A stretch of DNA of 63,725 bases, the filler included, from Octopus bimaculoides (taxonomy: Eukaryota), in NCBI RefSeq assembly GCF_001194135.2. It is 5 parts of 5 records of this genome, joined end to end, with 100 filler letters (N's around TTAATTAATTAA, not from the genome) between each part and the next. Parts side by side here need not be neighbours in the genome. Positions count along the whole stretch, not along the records: positions 1 to 21,541 come from NC_068983.1; positions 21,642 to 39,547 come from NC_069009.1; 3 more parts are not named here. One strand, 5' to 3'. The notes under the pieces are model-generated. The model saw only the letters and a list, made by a program, of their open reading frames with translations. It was not told the DNA's origin and searched no databases. Position numbers and translations under genes: made by a program. Positions 11,151 through 23,273 of the stretch are shown in pieces; positions within the stretch are counted from its first letter, which is position 1; the number at the start of each line of letters is the position of its first letter.

Positions 11151-13003
11151 AACATACTATTAATGGTCAGGGTCAACAAGTCCAGTTAGCAAAATACTGC
11201 TATCATCTGTAGTTATGGCATGCACAGATGAAATATTTCAGCTAGTGAAAGATCAATGTGACTAATACTCAAGTCAGACATTCATGCCATATTGCTTGTT
11301 CAAGAAATCTAGTGTGCAAGAGTTGCATTGGGTCTGATTTGAAAGAGGATAAGTGATTCCAGGTGCATTGAATGAATAAGAACCATCTAGACTGAAATAC
11401 CCAACCTTCATTTGTTATACATACCTATTCTATCTAAGGATTAAATTGTTTTAGAGTAAAGCTATAAGCATATTCTTATGTGAATTTATTAAGTATTTTA
11501 GATCTGGTTAGCTCAGTTTAAGTAGCCAGATCTAAAGTTTCTATTTCTAAGTCTAGCTTTGGCTAGATATATGATAAATTGTATGCATTCTTTAAGTTTT
11601 GTCATCCTTATGTCTTAGTAAAACTCAAAAAATGACAGACAAGATTCTTTGCTATATTCAGTTCTATCCCTTATGTTGAAAGTTCAAATTTCACCAGCAT
11701 TGATGTTACCTCACAACTTTCTGGGTTCAATAAAATAAGTACCATTTAGAATCTGCAGTTAGCTTAATAAACAGTGTGTCATTTCCCAAATATTTCTGAA
11801 CCTGTAATATATATCACATTGTATAATCAATATTATAACATCATACATAATCTGCACATTGTTTCATTCTTTTTGTCTAATGTAGGAAAGTAGATATCTC
11901 ATTGTATATCTTAAAGAAATGGGAGGATTGATTGACATTTGAACCCAATCATAGCAATCTTCTGAGTAACTAAAAGTGATTATCTTTGTGTTATTATTGT
12001 AAGAAAATTGACATTATATATTATGGATATCCACTGATTATTTTCCATGGTTATTGTTAGATGTTGCAGTGTTGATGTTTGATCTTATATGAATTATTTT
12101 AGTAAACAGCTATCCATTTGATCCTCTAAACCATGCATGAAAGAATAGAACTAAAAGTGGAAAGGATAAAGAAAAATAAAAAAAGGAAAAAAGGAAAACT
12201 TAGCTGAAAGTTTTCTCTGATCTCCTTCTAATGCAAAAAGAAAAAAGATGGAAGAAAAAAGAAACTGATATAGACAGAAATTAGAAAGAGAAAAAAATGT
12301 TAGTGTTGAGGAAAATGAGAAACATCACGATTCTAATTCAAAATCACCAAAACATTTAAGATTTTTTAAAATATATTCTCAATGAATAACAATCTGATTT
12401 TCTGAGATGTTTTTAAATGGCTGAATATGCGCGCACATGTGTGTGTGTATGCGTGCATGTGTGCATGCACGTGTGTGTGTGTGTGTGCGCATGTGAACAT
12501 ACATACATATATATATATATTCAGCCATTTAAAAACGTGTCTTTAGCATATATGTATATTGTGAAGATATGTATATATGTTTTATATATATATGACTGTA
12601 CATAGGCATATAATTATATAAAAATCACACTGGATGCATCATTTACCTTCTTGAGACAAAGCTTAATATGGTTGTATGAAAAATAAGTGGTAAACTAAAT
12701 CTGCCTTCATTTAACTGAAATTAACTGTCCACTTTGGATAGGAAATAACATTTGATAGAACACTCCATAGAAACAGCTGAATGCTTTTACCTGGCTTTTG
12801 TTGTTCAGATTAAACATTCACAGACATTTTTTCAACTTTTTCTTGTTGTTTTTCAGTCAATATACATTTTATGCCATTGAATTTTGTAAGGAAAACTTGT
12901 TTAGAAATGTGTGACATTATATTTTCTCAATATTCTTTGTGAAGCACATAGGATATCTATGCATTCATACTTCTGCAATGTTTAGCCATTTTCCAGTGGA
13001 GTA

Positions 13004-13086
<83 letters not shown>

Positions 13087-13179
13087 ATGTGTATGTGTGT
13101 GTGTATTATAATGGTTGGTTGGTAGGGTAAAATCCCAGCTGTTTCCTCTTGAAGCACACATACACACACATATATACGC

Positions 13180-13400
13180 ATATTTATCATCATCATTTAA
13201 CATCTGTTTTCCATGTTGGTATGAGTTGGACAGTTTGACAGGAGCTGGCAAGCTAGAAAGCTGCATCAGGCTCCACTTGTCTATTTTGACATGGTTTCTA
13301 TGACTGAATGCCCTTTCTAACCACTTCACAGAATGTAGTGGGTGCTTTTTACATAGCACCAGCATCAGTGGTGTCACCAAGTAGCTAGCAAGACAATGAC
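13180..13400 (-). mobile_element. RTE-type LINE 3' UTR fragment, decayed
   Basis: catcatcatttaacatc...ccatgttggtatgagttggac...aatgccctttctaacc is the reverse of the RTE tail. Confidence 0.6.
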
Positions 13401-13409
13401 CTCTTATCT

Positions 13410-15055
13410 GGTGGTCAATGAGGAAACTAGGGTTAGATGAATGGTTAGTGAGAGCTGTGCAAGCCATGTACAGGGATGCTGTCAGTAAGGTGAGGGATGG
13501 CAATGAGTACAGTGAAGAATTTCGGGTAGGGGTAGGGGTCCACCAAGGATCAGTCCTCAGCTCTCTCTTATTCATCATAGTCCTCCAGGCAATAACAGAG
13601 GAATTCAAGACAGGATGCCCCTGGGAGCTCCTCTATGTTGATAACTTTGCTCCAATTGCTGAGTTACTATCAGAACTAGAGGAAAAGTTTCAGATGTGGA
13701 AGCAAGGATTAGAATTGAAAGGCCTTAGAGTCAACCTAGCTAAAACCAAAGTCCTAATAAGTAGAAAGGCAGATAAACCACAAATCCCTTTAGGTAGATG
13801 GCCCTGTTTGATCTGTAGAAAAGGAGTAGGTAGAAACTCTATAAGATGTACCCAGTGTAAGCTATGGACACATAAGAGGTGCAGCAATATCAAAAGAAGG
13901 CTAACTGGGAAGATAGTTTTGTATGTAACAGATGCTCAGGAGCAATAAACACTGAAAATGTGCAAAGAACAACTTCTGTCACATTCCAGGGAGAAAAACT
14001 AGAAGTAGTTGATAGCTTCCATTACCTAGATGACCAAGTCAGTAGCTGGGGTGGGTGCTCTGAAAGTGTAGTTGCTAGAATATGAATAGCCTGAGCAAAG
14101 TTCAGAGAGCTCTTACCTCTGCTGGTGACAAAGGGCCTCTCGCTCAGAGTAAAAGGTAGACTGTATGACACATGTGTACGAACAGCCATACTATATGGTA
14201 GTGAAACATGAGCCATGACTGCTGAGGACATGCATAAGCTCACAAGAAATGAAGCCAGTATGCTCCGATGGATGTGTAATGTCAGTGTGCATATACGACA
14301 GAGTGTAAGCTTTTCTCTCCTTGAGAGAAAAGTTGGATTAAAAAACCATCAGATGTGGTGTGCAAGAGAGACGACTGTGCTGGTATGGTCATGTGGTGAG
14401 AATGGATGAGGATAGCTGTGTAAAAAAGTGCCACACCCTAGTGGTTGAGGGAACCTGTGGAAGAGGTAGACCCAGGAAGATCTGGGATGAGGTGGTGAAG
14501 CACGACCTTCGAACATTAGGCCTCACCGAAGCAATGACTAGTGACCGAGACCTTTGGAAAGATGCTGTGCTTGAGAAGATCAGCAAGTCAAGTGAGACCA
14601 TAACCCATTGCCTATGCCAGGGGTTTAAACAGCCCACTTATGCGTACTTTTCCTTCATTGGACACTAAACTCTGCTTGCGAAGACCTGTTGAGGCAAGTG
14701 AAATCGAAATTGAAATTAAATTCGATGACTGGCATCTGTGCTAGTGGAGCGCTAAGAGCGCCATCCGAGCATGATCGCTGCCAGAACAGCTGACTGGCTT
14801 CCATGCTAGTGGCATGTAAAAAGCACCATTTGAGCGTGGCAGTTGCCAGTACTGCCCGACTGGCCCTCGTGCCGGTGGCACATAAATGCACCCAGTATAC
14901 TCTTGGATTGGTTGGCGTTAGAAAGGGCATCCAGCTGTAGAAACTCTGCCAGTTCAGATTGGAGTCTGGTGCAACCATCTGGTTCGCCTGTCCTCAGTCA
15001 AATCGTCCAACCCATGCTATCATGGAAAGTGGATGTTAAACGATGATGATGAGGA
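13410..15055 (+). mobile_element. RTE LINE, 5'-truncated: RT domains, C-terminal region and ~450-bp 3' UTR ending in (GAT)n
   Basis: GVHQGSVLSSLLFII, ELLYVDNF (YADD variant), FHYLDD, GRGRPRKIWDEVVK; several stops and frameshifts. Confidence 0.92.
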
Positions 15056-15069
15056 GGAGGAGGATGAAA

Positions 15070-15546
15070 GTGGCCAATTGCAATTTAAAATGAAAGGCAC
15101 AAGTACAAATGTCCCTAGAAGTGACTAAGGGTGCAAGTTAGCACCAGTATTGCTAGAAAGAAAAGTTAAAGCAACTCTTAGCCATGAACAGAACATTTTC
15201 TGTTACAAAAGCACTTATCTATCGACTGACAAGAGAGACAAGCTCCCTAAGTAAATGAGGATGCCATATCATGGTGATTTTGGATCAAATTAATCTTCAT
15301 TGGTGATGCTACTCTGTTGCCCAGAGTTAAAGCTAACTTGCCTTGCCAGTTTATAGAAAATACCAACCAATTATAAATTATTAAAGTGGCTTGTCGCAAT
15401 TTAAAATGAAAAGGCATGAGTACAACCATCCCTGGAAGTGACTAAGGGTGCAAGGAAGCACCAGCATTGCTAGAAATAAGAGTTAAAATAACTCTTAACC
15501 ATCAACAGAAAGGCACATATTTCTGTAACAAAAGCACTTATCTATT

Positions 15547-15549
<3 letters not shown>
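15070..15549 (+). repeat. Pair of ~160-bp diverged direct repeats (15070-15226 and 15386-15549)
   Basis: Shared gcaatttaaaatgaaa..gaagtgactaagggtgcaag..caccag.attgctagaaa..acaaaagcacttatcta. Confidence 0.8.
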
Positions 15550-15580
<31 letters not shown>

Positions 15581-17198
15581 CACACATGTATGTATGTATG
15601 TATGTATATATGTATGTATGTATGTATGTGTATATATATATGTATGTGTATGTGTGTATGTGTGTATGTGCATGTGTGCATGTGTGTGTGTGTGCATGTG
15701 TGTTTGTATGATGTACAAATATTCTTCAACACTCTTTGTAGTATTTCACATTTATATATAATATATTTCAGTATATATCTGTGTATGTATATCCATATTA
15801 TGTATAACTATATCAGTACCCTGCTCAGCAAACCCAGTTCCCAGCTCATAGTTCTGTAAGGGGCCCAGCACTTAGTTTGCCATTCTCCAGAGCTTAATAT
15901 AAACACCTGTCACCACCAAATCTACTCATTGATTTCATAACCAGTCCACACCTCCTGTACCTCACAACTGCCCAAGGCTGTGCTGGATTAACCATTAAGT
16001 AAAATCAGCACGTGCTTAGGGCGTCTAAGGAAGTGGGGGACCAAAGAAATGTTAAATGGTTTACAGCATAAAGTGAATTACTTTAAATTTACTATAATAA
16101 TATTCAAAGAGGTTTATAGGATCAGAAATACAATTTTAAAGTGTTCATGGTGTCATAGTGAGGATCTGATGAAAGACTTTGCAATTAAAAAAAAGTAGGA
16201 GAAAACTTTTCAAATATGAAACAAAATAGAAGTCTACAAAAATAAACATTATTTTCCATCTTACTGTTAGTTTGGTTTCAAATTGAAAAATAAAAAATTA
16301 TTTTATGGTTTATTATTGTTCATATTTTGAATGACATATATATGGGGGCACCAGAATCTTGTGAGTACTTAAGGCTTCTATGGATCTTAATCTGGCCCTG
16401 GTCCAAGGACATCCTCTATATGGACCTAACCTTATGCCTGGCCTGGTATTCATTATTTCTGCACTTTAATCTTACATGTACTATCTTCTTATAATTTCTT
16501 ATATGACCCTACTATTCTATTACTTCCATTCTGCCATTTTTTACTTTTATTTTATTTTATTTATCTTATTTTATTTCAATTTATTATTTTTTTTACTTCT
16601 TCCTCTGTTTTATTTTCTATCATATATGGTATGTCTATTTTTGATGTAAAGCAAGACACTTCATTTCATGTTGCTCCAGTTCACTCAGCTGCAGAAATGT
16701 GTTGCAGCATCACTGGTGCCAAACTGTATTGGCCTTTGCCTTTCCCATAGATAACATCATTGGCATGGAGAGGGGAGGCTGGTATGCATGGGTGACTGCT
16801 GGTCATCCATAAACAACCTTGCCCTGACTTGTGCCTCAGAGGGTAACTTTCTAGGTGCAATCCCATGGTCATTCATGACTGAAGGGGATCTTTACTCTTA
16901 CCGTATTTTTGATTATATGCACAACAGAATGGCCATGATTTTTACATTAAACACCTCATGCTATATGTGACTTATCACATAACCCTGTTAATATGATACA
17001 GTTCAGCTAGTTCCTGTACTATTACCCTTAATGGTAGGGGCTTACTTCCACTTTGGTAGCTGATCATATTGCTCCAACATTGCTACATATTCCACTAGTC
17101 TTTAACAGAATTTGATTGTCACCCTATTCCACTTCATAATACTTCTTATCTTGCTTTATCACTCTGCCTTTTCATGCCTTACATACAATACATGTAAA

Positions 17199-17260
<62 letters not shown>

Positions 17261-17426
17261 GTATACATGTATATGTATGTGTGTGTATGGGTATGTATAT
17301 GTATATATATATGTATATGAGGGTGGTTGTCTACATGTATCTATGTGTGTACACACATATATATATTATTTAATCTTTAGTCAAGCTTTCCATAAGTTAT
17401 ACTTTTATTCTTTCAATTTACATCTC

Positions 17427-17640
17427 TTTTACTCTTTTACTCTTTTACTTGTTTCAGTCATTTGACTGCGACCATGCTGGAGCACCACCTTTAGTCGAGC
17501 AAATCGACCCCAGGACTTATTCTTTGTAAGCCTAGTACTTATTCTATCGATCTGTTTTTCCGAACCGCTAAGTTACGGGGACATAAACACACCAGCATTG
17601 GTTGTCAAGCAATGCTAGGGGGACAAACACAGACACACAA

Positions 17641-17672
<32 letters not shown>

Positions 17673-17733
17673 NNNNNNNNNNNNNNNNNNNNNNNNNNNN
17701 NNNNNNNNNNNNNNNNNNNNNNNNNNNNNNNNN

Positions 17734-17768
<35 letters not shown>

Positions 17769-17930
17769 CATACGACGGGCTTCTTTCAGTTTCCGTCTAC
17801 CAAATCCACTCACAAGGCTTTGGTCAGCCCAAGGCTATAGTAGAAGACACTTGCCCAAGATGCCACACAGTGGGACTGAACCCGGAACCATGTGGTTGGT
17901 AAGCAAGCTACTTACCACACAGCCACTTCA
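17427..17930 (-). mobile_element. tRNA-derived SINE, family 1 (~500 bp, internal CA/TA microsatellite), near full length
   Basis: Head gtggctgtgtggtaagtagcttgcttaccaaccacatggttccgggttcagtcccact; tail gctccagcatgg.cgcagtcaaatgactgaaacaagtaaaagagtaaaagag. Confidence 0.9.
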
Positions 17931-18899
17931 TGTATATGTGTATGTATGGGTATGTATATGTATATATATATATATATATGCATATGAGAGTGGCTGTCTA
18001 CATGTATCTGTGTGTGTGTGTACACATATATATATATATTATTTAATCTTTAGTCAGGCTTTCCATAATTTATACTTTCATTCTTTCAATTTACATCTGC
18101 TTACATTGCTTATTGTTCATTTGTAAAGAATTAGCACTTTATTTACATCACTAATATTTTAATTTTTGCTGATTCTAAATTCTTATTTGCATATTTATAT
18201 TTTATCTCCATTTTGATTTTATTTTCAATTTTCTGATTTTTTTTATTATCTCTTTATTTTTATTTTTTTAAACATACTTTCAATTTTTTAATTTTTTAAA
18301 TTTAATTATTTATTATTCACACCTTATAGTTATACCTCAACATAAAACCCTGGCATCGATCTATTATAGTTTTTCTACTTATCAATATGTCTCTACCATT
18401 ATATTTTTCATTTTCATCTTTTACACTCTATCTATTTTCACATATTTTTCTATCAGAGCATGTTTTTAATCTAGTGCTTGCATATTCTTCCTCAGCTCTC
18501 TGTGCACTTTGGGGGATAGCCTAAGATGCAATTCCCTCAAGGTCTCTCAGGGATTTCTATTTACATATAACAAGAGAACCAGCCAATACTTTTTTCATTC
18601 CACTGTTCATATCACAAATTCAGCTACTCCTTATGCAGAATGCTCTTTCCCTATAATGGGAGCTAACAGCTTCAATTTTTTTTACTATATCCATACCACT
18701 CTAATTCAGGGTTTTCTTATATCTTCTTCTGTATATCAACTTATTTCCTAATTTTCCAGTATATCTACTTCCTTCCTAATTCTCACTCATTTTTTTCTAC
18801 TGTCCACTTTACAGTGATTTCTTATATTTTATAGTTAGCTAAGTATTGCTACTATTTGCTAATATCATTTCTACTTTTGATCTGCTTCTTATTTATAAT

Positions 18900-18944
<45 letters not shown>

Positions 18945-20099
18945 GCACTATACCAGTGTTCCTAGGCCTATTTTAATTTTAATTTCAAATCAACCTCTGT
19001 CTCAATTCTATGTTTGTTTAACACTAACAGATTTAATAAATAATTTTTATCACACTTTAGTTTCTTTCTTCAACTCAAACTTTTTTCTTTTATAATTTTG
19101 CATGTCACATTCTAAGGTCACTAAGAATACTTCTGCTAGCTTCATTTCCATCCCTCCCACTTTAATCATGTGGTTTATTGCAACAACAACAACATAAACT
19201 CCCTAACAAGAAAATGCCAAAAGAAATGTGGCTGTAGTAGAAAATGTTAGTAGTCAGGGTAAGAAGCATTTAGTTTGGTTTATTGCTTTCCATGCAAGCA
19301 GCTAATTGGCAGTCATTAGGGTGTCAGATTGCATAGTGGTAACAGTTGTGGCTTTCATCATTTTAGAGTCAATAAATAACATACCTGCCAAATATTCGGA
19401 TTATTCTTATCTTTAACCTACCATCCACCATAACAGCTATAGCATGTCCGCAAGCTATTCTTTCCTTCACTGCACTTGCTGCACCCACCCTCTTTCTACC
19501 CACTTTTTCAACTACCTCCCCAACCTAGCATGCTTTTGCAGCATTTGTACTCTTCTCTGTTCCTTCCTCTTATCTCTACCTTAATATCCAATATCTCTTA
19601 GTCTATTGTTCCCTTCCTATTCCCTTTTATTTACAACTTCTGTCTGTATTCACCCCTTATAATGTTGTGGATAGCCTTAGACCCACTTTATACAATTTAA
19701 TGACCCACAACCTATCATATTTTAATTCTCTCATTCTATCATTTATGACCCATGATCTATCATATTTCAATTCTGTCCCCACTCTTTTTTCTCCATATTC
19801 TTTCTCGAAAATCCTTTCACACTTCTCTGTTCCCTGTTACATCTCTCCTTCATCATTATCCCTCATAACTCCCTTAAAATCATCACATATGTATTCTCTT
19901 GTCTTGTTTCTCCCTCAGTGACTGGGACCACTTTAACCACTTGAAAAGATGGGGTGATCTTCACTGGTGCTGGTGTCACTAATAGAGAACCACGTACACA
20001 CTGTAGAATGTTCAACATTAGGAAGGAAAAGCAGTTGTGGTTGCCATTCTTAAAGCCAATCCAAATAATCAAATCTTATCAAATTATCCAACCTATCTG

Positions 20100-20320
20100 A
20101 TCAAAAAAGCCATCATCGTCATCATCATATAACGTCCATCTTCTATGCTGGCATGGATTGGAGGGTTTGATAGGGCCTGGGGAGCTGCACCAAGTTCCAA
20201 TGTCTGTTTTGGAATGGTTCCTATGTCTGGATGCCTTTCCTAATGCCAACCACTTTAGAGAGTGTGCTGGGTGCATTTTATGTGGCGCTAACACCAGTGG
20301 GGTTGCCAAGTGATTTGTGA
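20100..20320 (-). mobile_element. RTE-type LINE 3' UTR fragment
   Basis: catcatcgtcatcatcatataacgtccatc...gatgcctttcctaatgccaacc matches the reversed RTE tail. Confidence 0.6.
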
Positions 20321-20684
20321 GGTGAAGAGCACTTAGCTGGGGGAGGGAGTGGAACCATGGGAAGTGGCTGTGTGCTAGGTGAGAGGTTAGAGTATAATAG
20401 AGGGATAAAGATAGATGTGTTACTGAAGAGGAGATCTTTTCTCTGTAGTTGTTAAATTACCAGTTATGAACAATAGAGCAAGTGTAAAAAAAATAAGGAT
20501 AAACACAGGTTTGTTTTATTTTAAGGTTCCTATGCATGTTTCACCATTATGGTTGTTTAGAGCCTTGTAGAGGAAGCTCCAGATGCATATAGATGTTCAA
20601 TCTCAATGAATCCTCAGGTTATGTATATCTATATGCATTTGGAACTTCCACCACAGTACTCCAAACAACCATAACAGTGAACGT

Positions 20685-20872
20685 ATCAGGACAATTACCC
20701 ACCGTGGAGAATTACCCCACCCCGACAACAACTACCCCTAGGACAATTACCCCCCCTTGATTAATTATCTCCTCTCTAATATTTTAAGTTTTAAATCATC
20801 ATCTGTTGTCCTCAGAGGTAATTGTCCTTGTGTGGGGTGGTTATTGTCCATGAGGGGGTAAATGTCCTAGAC
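20685..20872. mobile_element. Small foldback/MITE built from ggacaattaccc subrepeats
   Basis: Left side has repeated ggacaattaccc/gagaattacccc; right side has the reverse complements ggtaattgtcc, ggttattgtcc, gggggtaaatgtcc. Confidence 0.6.
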
Positions 20873-20952
20873 TCAACAGTGAAACAGAAGTAAGAACTTT
20901 GAAATAAAATAAATCTGTGTTTATCCTTATTATATGCAGAGAGAGAGAGAGA

Positions 20953-20983
<31 letters not shown>

Positions 20984-21102
20984 NNNNNNNNNNNNNNNNN
21001 NNNNNNGAAAGAGAGATGTAGTAAAGTAAGTAAACATTTGTAGGCTAAAAGAATATAGTCATTTCCACCACCTTTGATCTTGAGAAAGGACTCTAAACTT
21101 AC

Positions 21103-21204
21103 TTTAATGATTTCATTGGGATTTGTGGCAAGAGACACACCTATGACATCATGCACATATTGCATGATATGGTTATGACGTAATTTATGGTCATCTTGAA
21201 ACAG
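21103..21204 (-). CDS. Candidate internal exon of an unidentified gene (LFQDDHKLRHNHIMQYVHDVIGVSLATNPNEIIK)
   Basis: tcttatcttgacag| acceptor and |gtaagt donor; 102 nt, phase 0-0; the other two frames are closed. No homology recognised. Confidence 0.35.
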
Positions 21205-21501
21205 CTGTCAAGATAAGACTTTACATAATTCTTCTGTACTTGTATCTTTTCTTTATTCTAGGATCTGTATTTTTTATGCATCATGTAAATATACAGCTCA
21301 TGCTTACCTATGTTTCTCTACCTAATTACATGCTAAATAACAGCTAAATAAGGATTGGTCTTGTAGCTGACCTTTGTTGCAAAGTCCTATAGAAAGAGAT
21401 TGGAGCTTAAGCTCATATCCATTTGACCACTGCTCTGTGTCATCAATGCAAAGCTTATTTTGCTTTCAGCTACTCACTGTATGCACACACACACACACAC
21501 A

Positions 21502-21541
<40 letters not shown>

Positions 21542-21641
21542 NNNNNNNNNNNNNNNNNNNNNNNNNNNNNNNNNNNNNNNNNNNNTTAATTAATTAANNN
21601 NNNNNNNNNNNNNNNNNNNNNNNNNNNNNNNNNNNNNNNNN
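21542..21641. other. Assembly linker N44-TTAATTAATTAA-N44 (also 39548-39647, 55378-55477, 61814-61913)
   Basis: The identical 100-base construct occurs four times; a scaffolding artefact, not genomic sequence. Confidence 0.9.
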
Positions 21642-21934
21642 ATATATATATACTCATATATATGTATGTAAATGGTAACAATGAAATGATGGTATGTGGA
21701 TAATCATATGTTTTGTATCTTTTCATTTGTCTTGCTCGCTTTACGTTCTGACGTTTTACCGAATTTTCTTGAGAACAATTTTTCTTAGTGGTCAGACCAT
21801 TTGGGGCCTACATTTAGCATATTAAGAGTCCACCTAGTGGTCATTCTTGTTATATCTCTTTACTCTTTACTCTTTTACTTGTTTCAGTCATTTGACCGTG
21901 GCCATGCTGGAGCACCGCTTTTAGTCGAGCAAAT

Positions 21935-22720
21935 GCTAAAAGGTTTGAGAATATCGTTGAAAAGTTTCCCAAAATCACACAGGCGAAGTTGAAAGAGGGT
22001 ATCTTTGTCGGACCCCAAATTAGAGAAGTACTCCATGATGTCAACTTCAAGACAACACTGCATGAACTGGAACTGCTTGTCTGGAATGCTTTCAATTGGA
22101 CCTGTGAGAATTTCTTGGACAAGAAGAAGGTAATGGACTACAAGGATTGCATCAAGAATCCTCCGAAATGTTACTTAGCAACGGATTGTCGCATGTCACT
22201 GAAAGTTCACTTCTTGGTCTCCCATCTGGATTTCTTCATGGATAACTTTAGAGCAGTGTCTGATGTACATGGTGGAAGAGTCCACCAGGACATTAGTGCT
22301 ATGGAGAAACGGTACCAAGGCTTCTGGAATGACAGTGTGCTGACTGACTACTGCTGGACACTTTTCCGGGATCAACCAGAACAAGAACGCCGCAGGAAAT
22401 CCAAATCACAACGTTTTTAACACTGTTGTTCTAACTTTGTTTTGTCCGTCCCATTTTTTTGTGTAGTCACTCTTTGTAGAAAGATAGCGATGATTTTTAA
22501 CTCAATAAACTCATTTACTTTCTAAAAATAATATATCCTTATTCATTACATTAATGATTTCATATATATAATTATGTAAATATTTGCATGTATCTACTGA
22601 AAAACTGATACGTGTTGCCTACAAATGGAGTGATATTTTGAAATCAGCATGAAAAATTAGTCTAAAAAAGTTGGTTTGCATTCATAATGAGTACAATACA
22701 TTTAATTTCGTTGACCAGTG
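21935..22720 (+). mobile_element. DNA transposon 3' part, CMC/Chapaev3-like transposase C-terminus plus right terminus
   Basis: KEGIFVGPQIR...MSLKVHFLVSHLDFF...VSDVHGGRVHQDISAMEKRYQG.W....DYCW motif; ends ...ttgaccagtg (CAC..GTG-type terminus). Superfamily assigned from memory of the motif. Confidence 0.7.
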
Positions 22721-22789
22721 TTATTACAATCCAATATGTAGTCTCAGTTGCTGCTGTATGTTTGCTTGAAAATACATATTAAAATTGAG

Positions 22790-23205
22790 AATTTTGGAAA
22801 TATTATTTGCAGTTATTGTATTAGCAAATGTTTACTGCTGGAAAGTGTGAAAATATTAGCAAAGAACTGGACAATTACAAATTGGAAATTTTGGGTTTGT
22901 GTGAAACTAGGTGGATTGATAATGGAAAAACTAAGCTAGCTTCAGGAAAAACAATTATATACTCAGGGCACAAAGATGATAAGGCGCGTCACACAAGGGG
23001 AGTAGCTCTGATGCTGACTAAGAAAGCAGTTAAACCATTAATAGAATGGCAACCCATAAACGAAAGATTGATACTAACAAAGTTTAGAACGTCTCATAAG
23101 CGGATTTTCCTGACAATCGTTATGTGCTACGCCCCAACAAATGATGCTGAAGAATTAGCAAAAGTTGAATTTTATACTCTGCAGAGCGTAAACAAAACAT
23201 ATGTA
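22790..23205 (+). mobile_element. RTE-like LINE APE endonuclease N-terminal fragment
   Basis: EILGLCETRW...IIYSGH...RGVALML...EWQPINERLI...CYAPT motifs. Confidence 0.85.
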
Positions 23206-23273
23206 ATGGAGAATAAATAATATTAAAAAATTTACACACACTCAAGTTCAAAAATGTAGCTGAAAATACTTAC

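Noticed and set aside
21586-21597. TTAATTAATTAA islands inside N runs (four occurrences)
   Set aside because: Identical N44-12mer-N44 construct with stops in all six frames; a scaffolding linker. It matters only as a warning that contig order across it is unverified.
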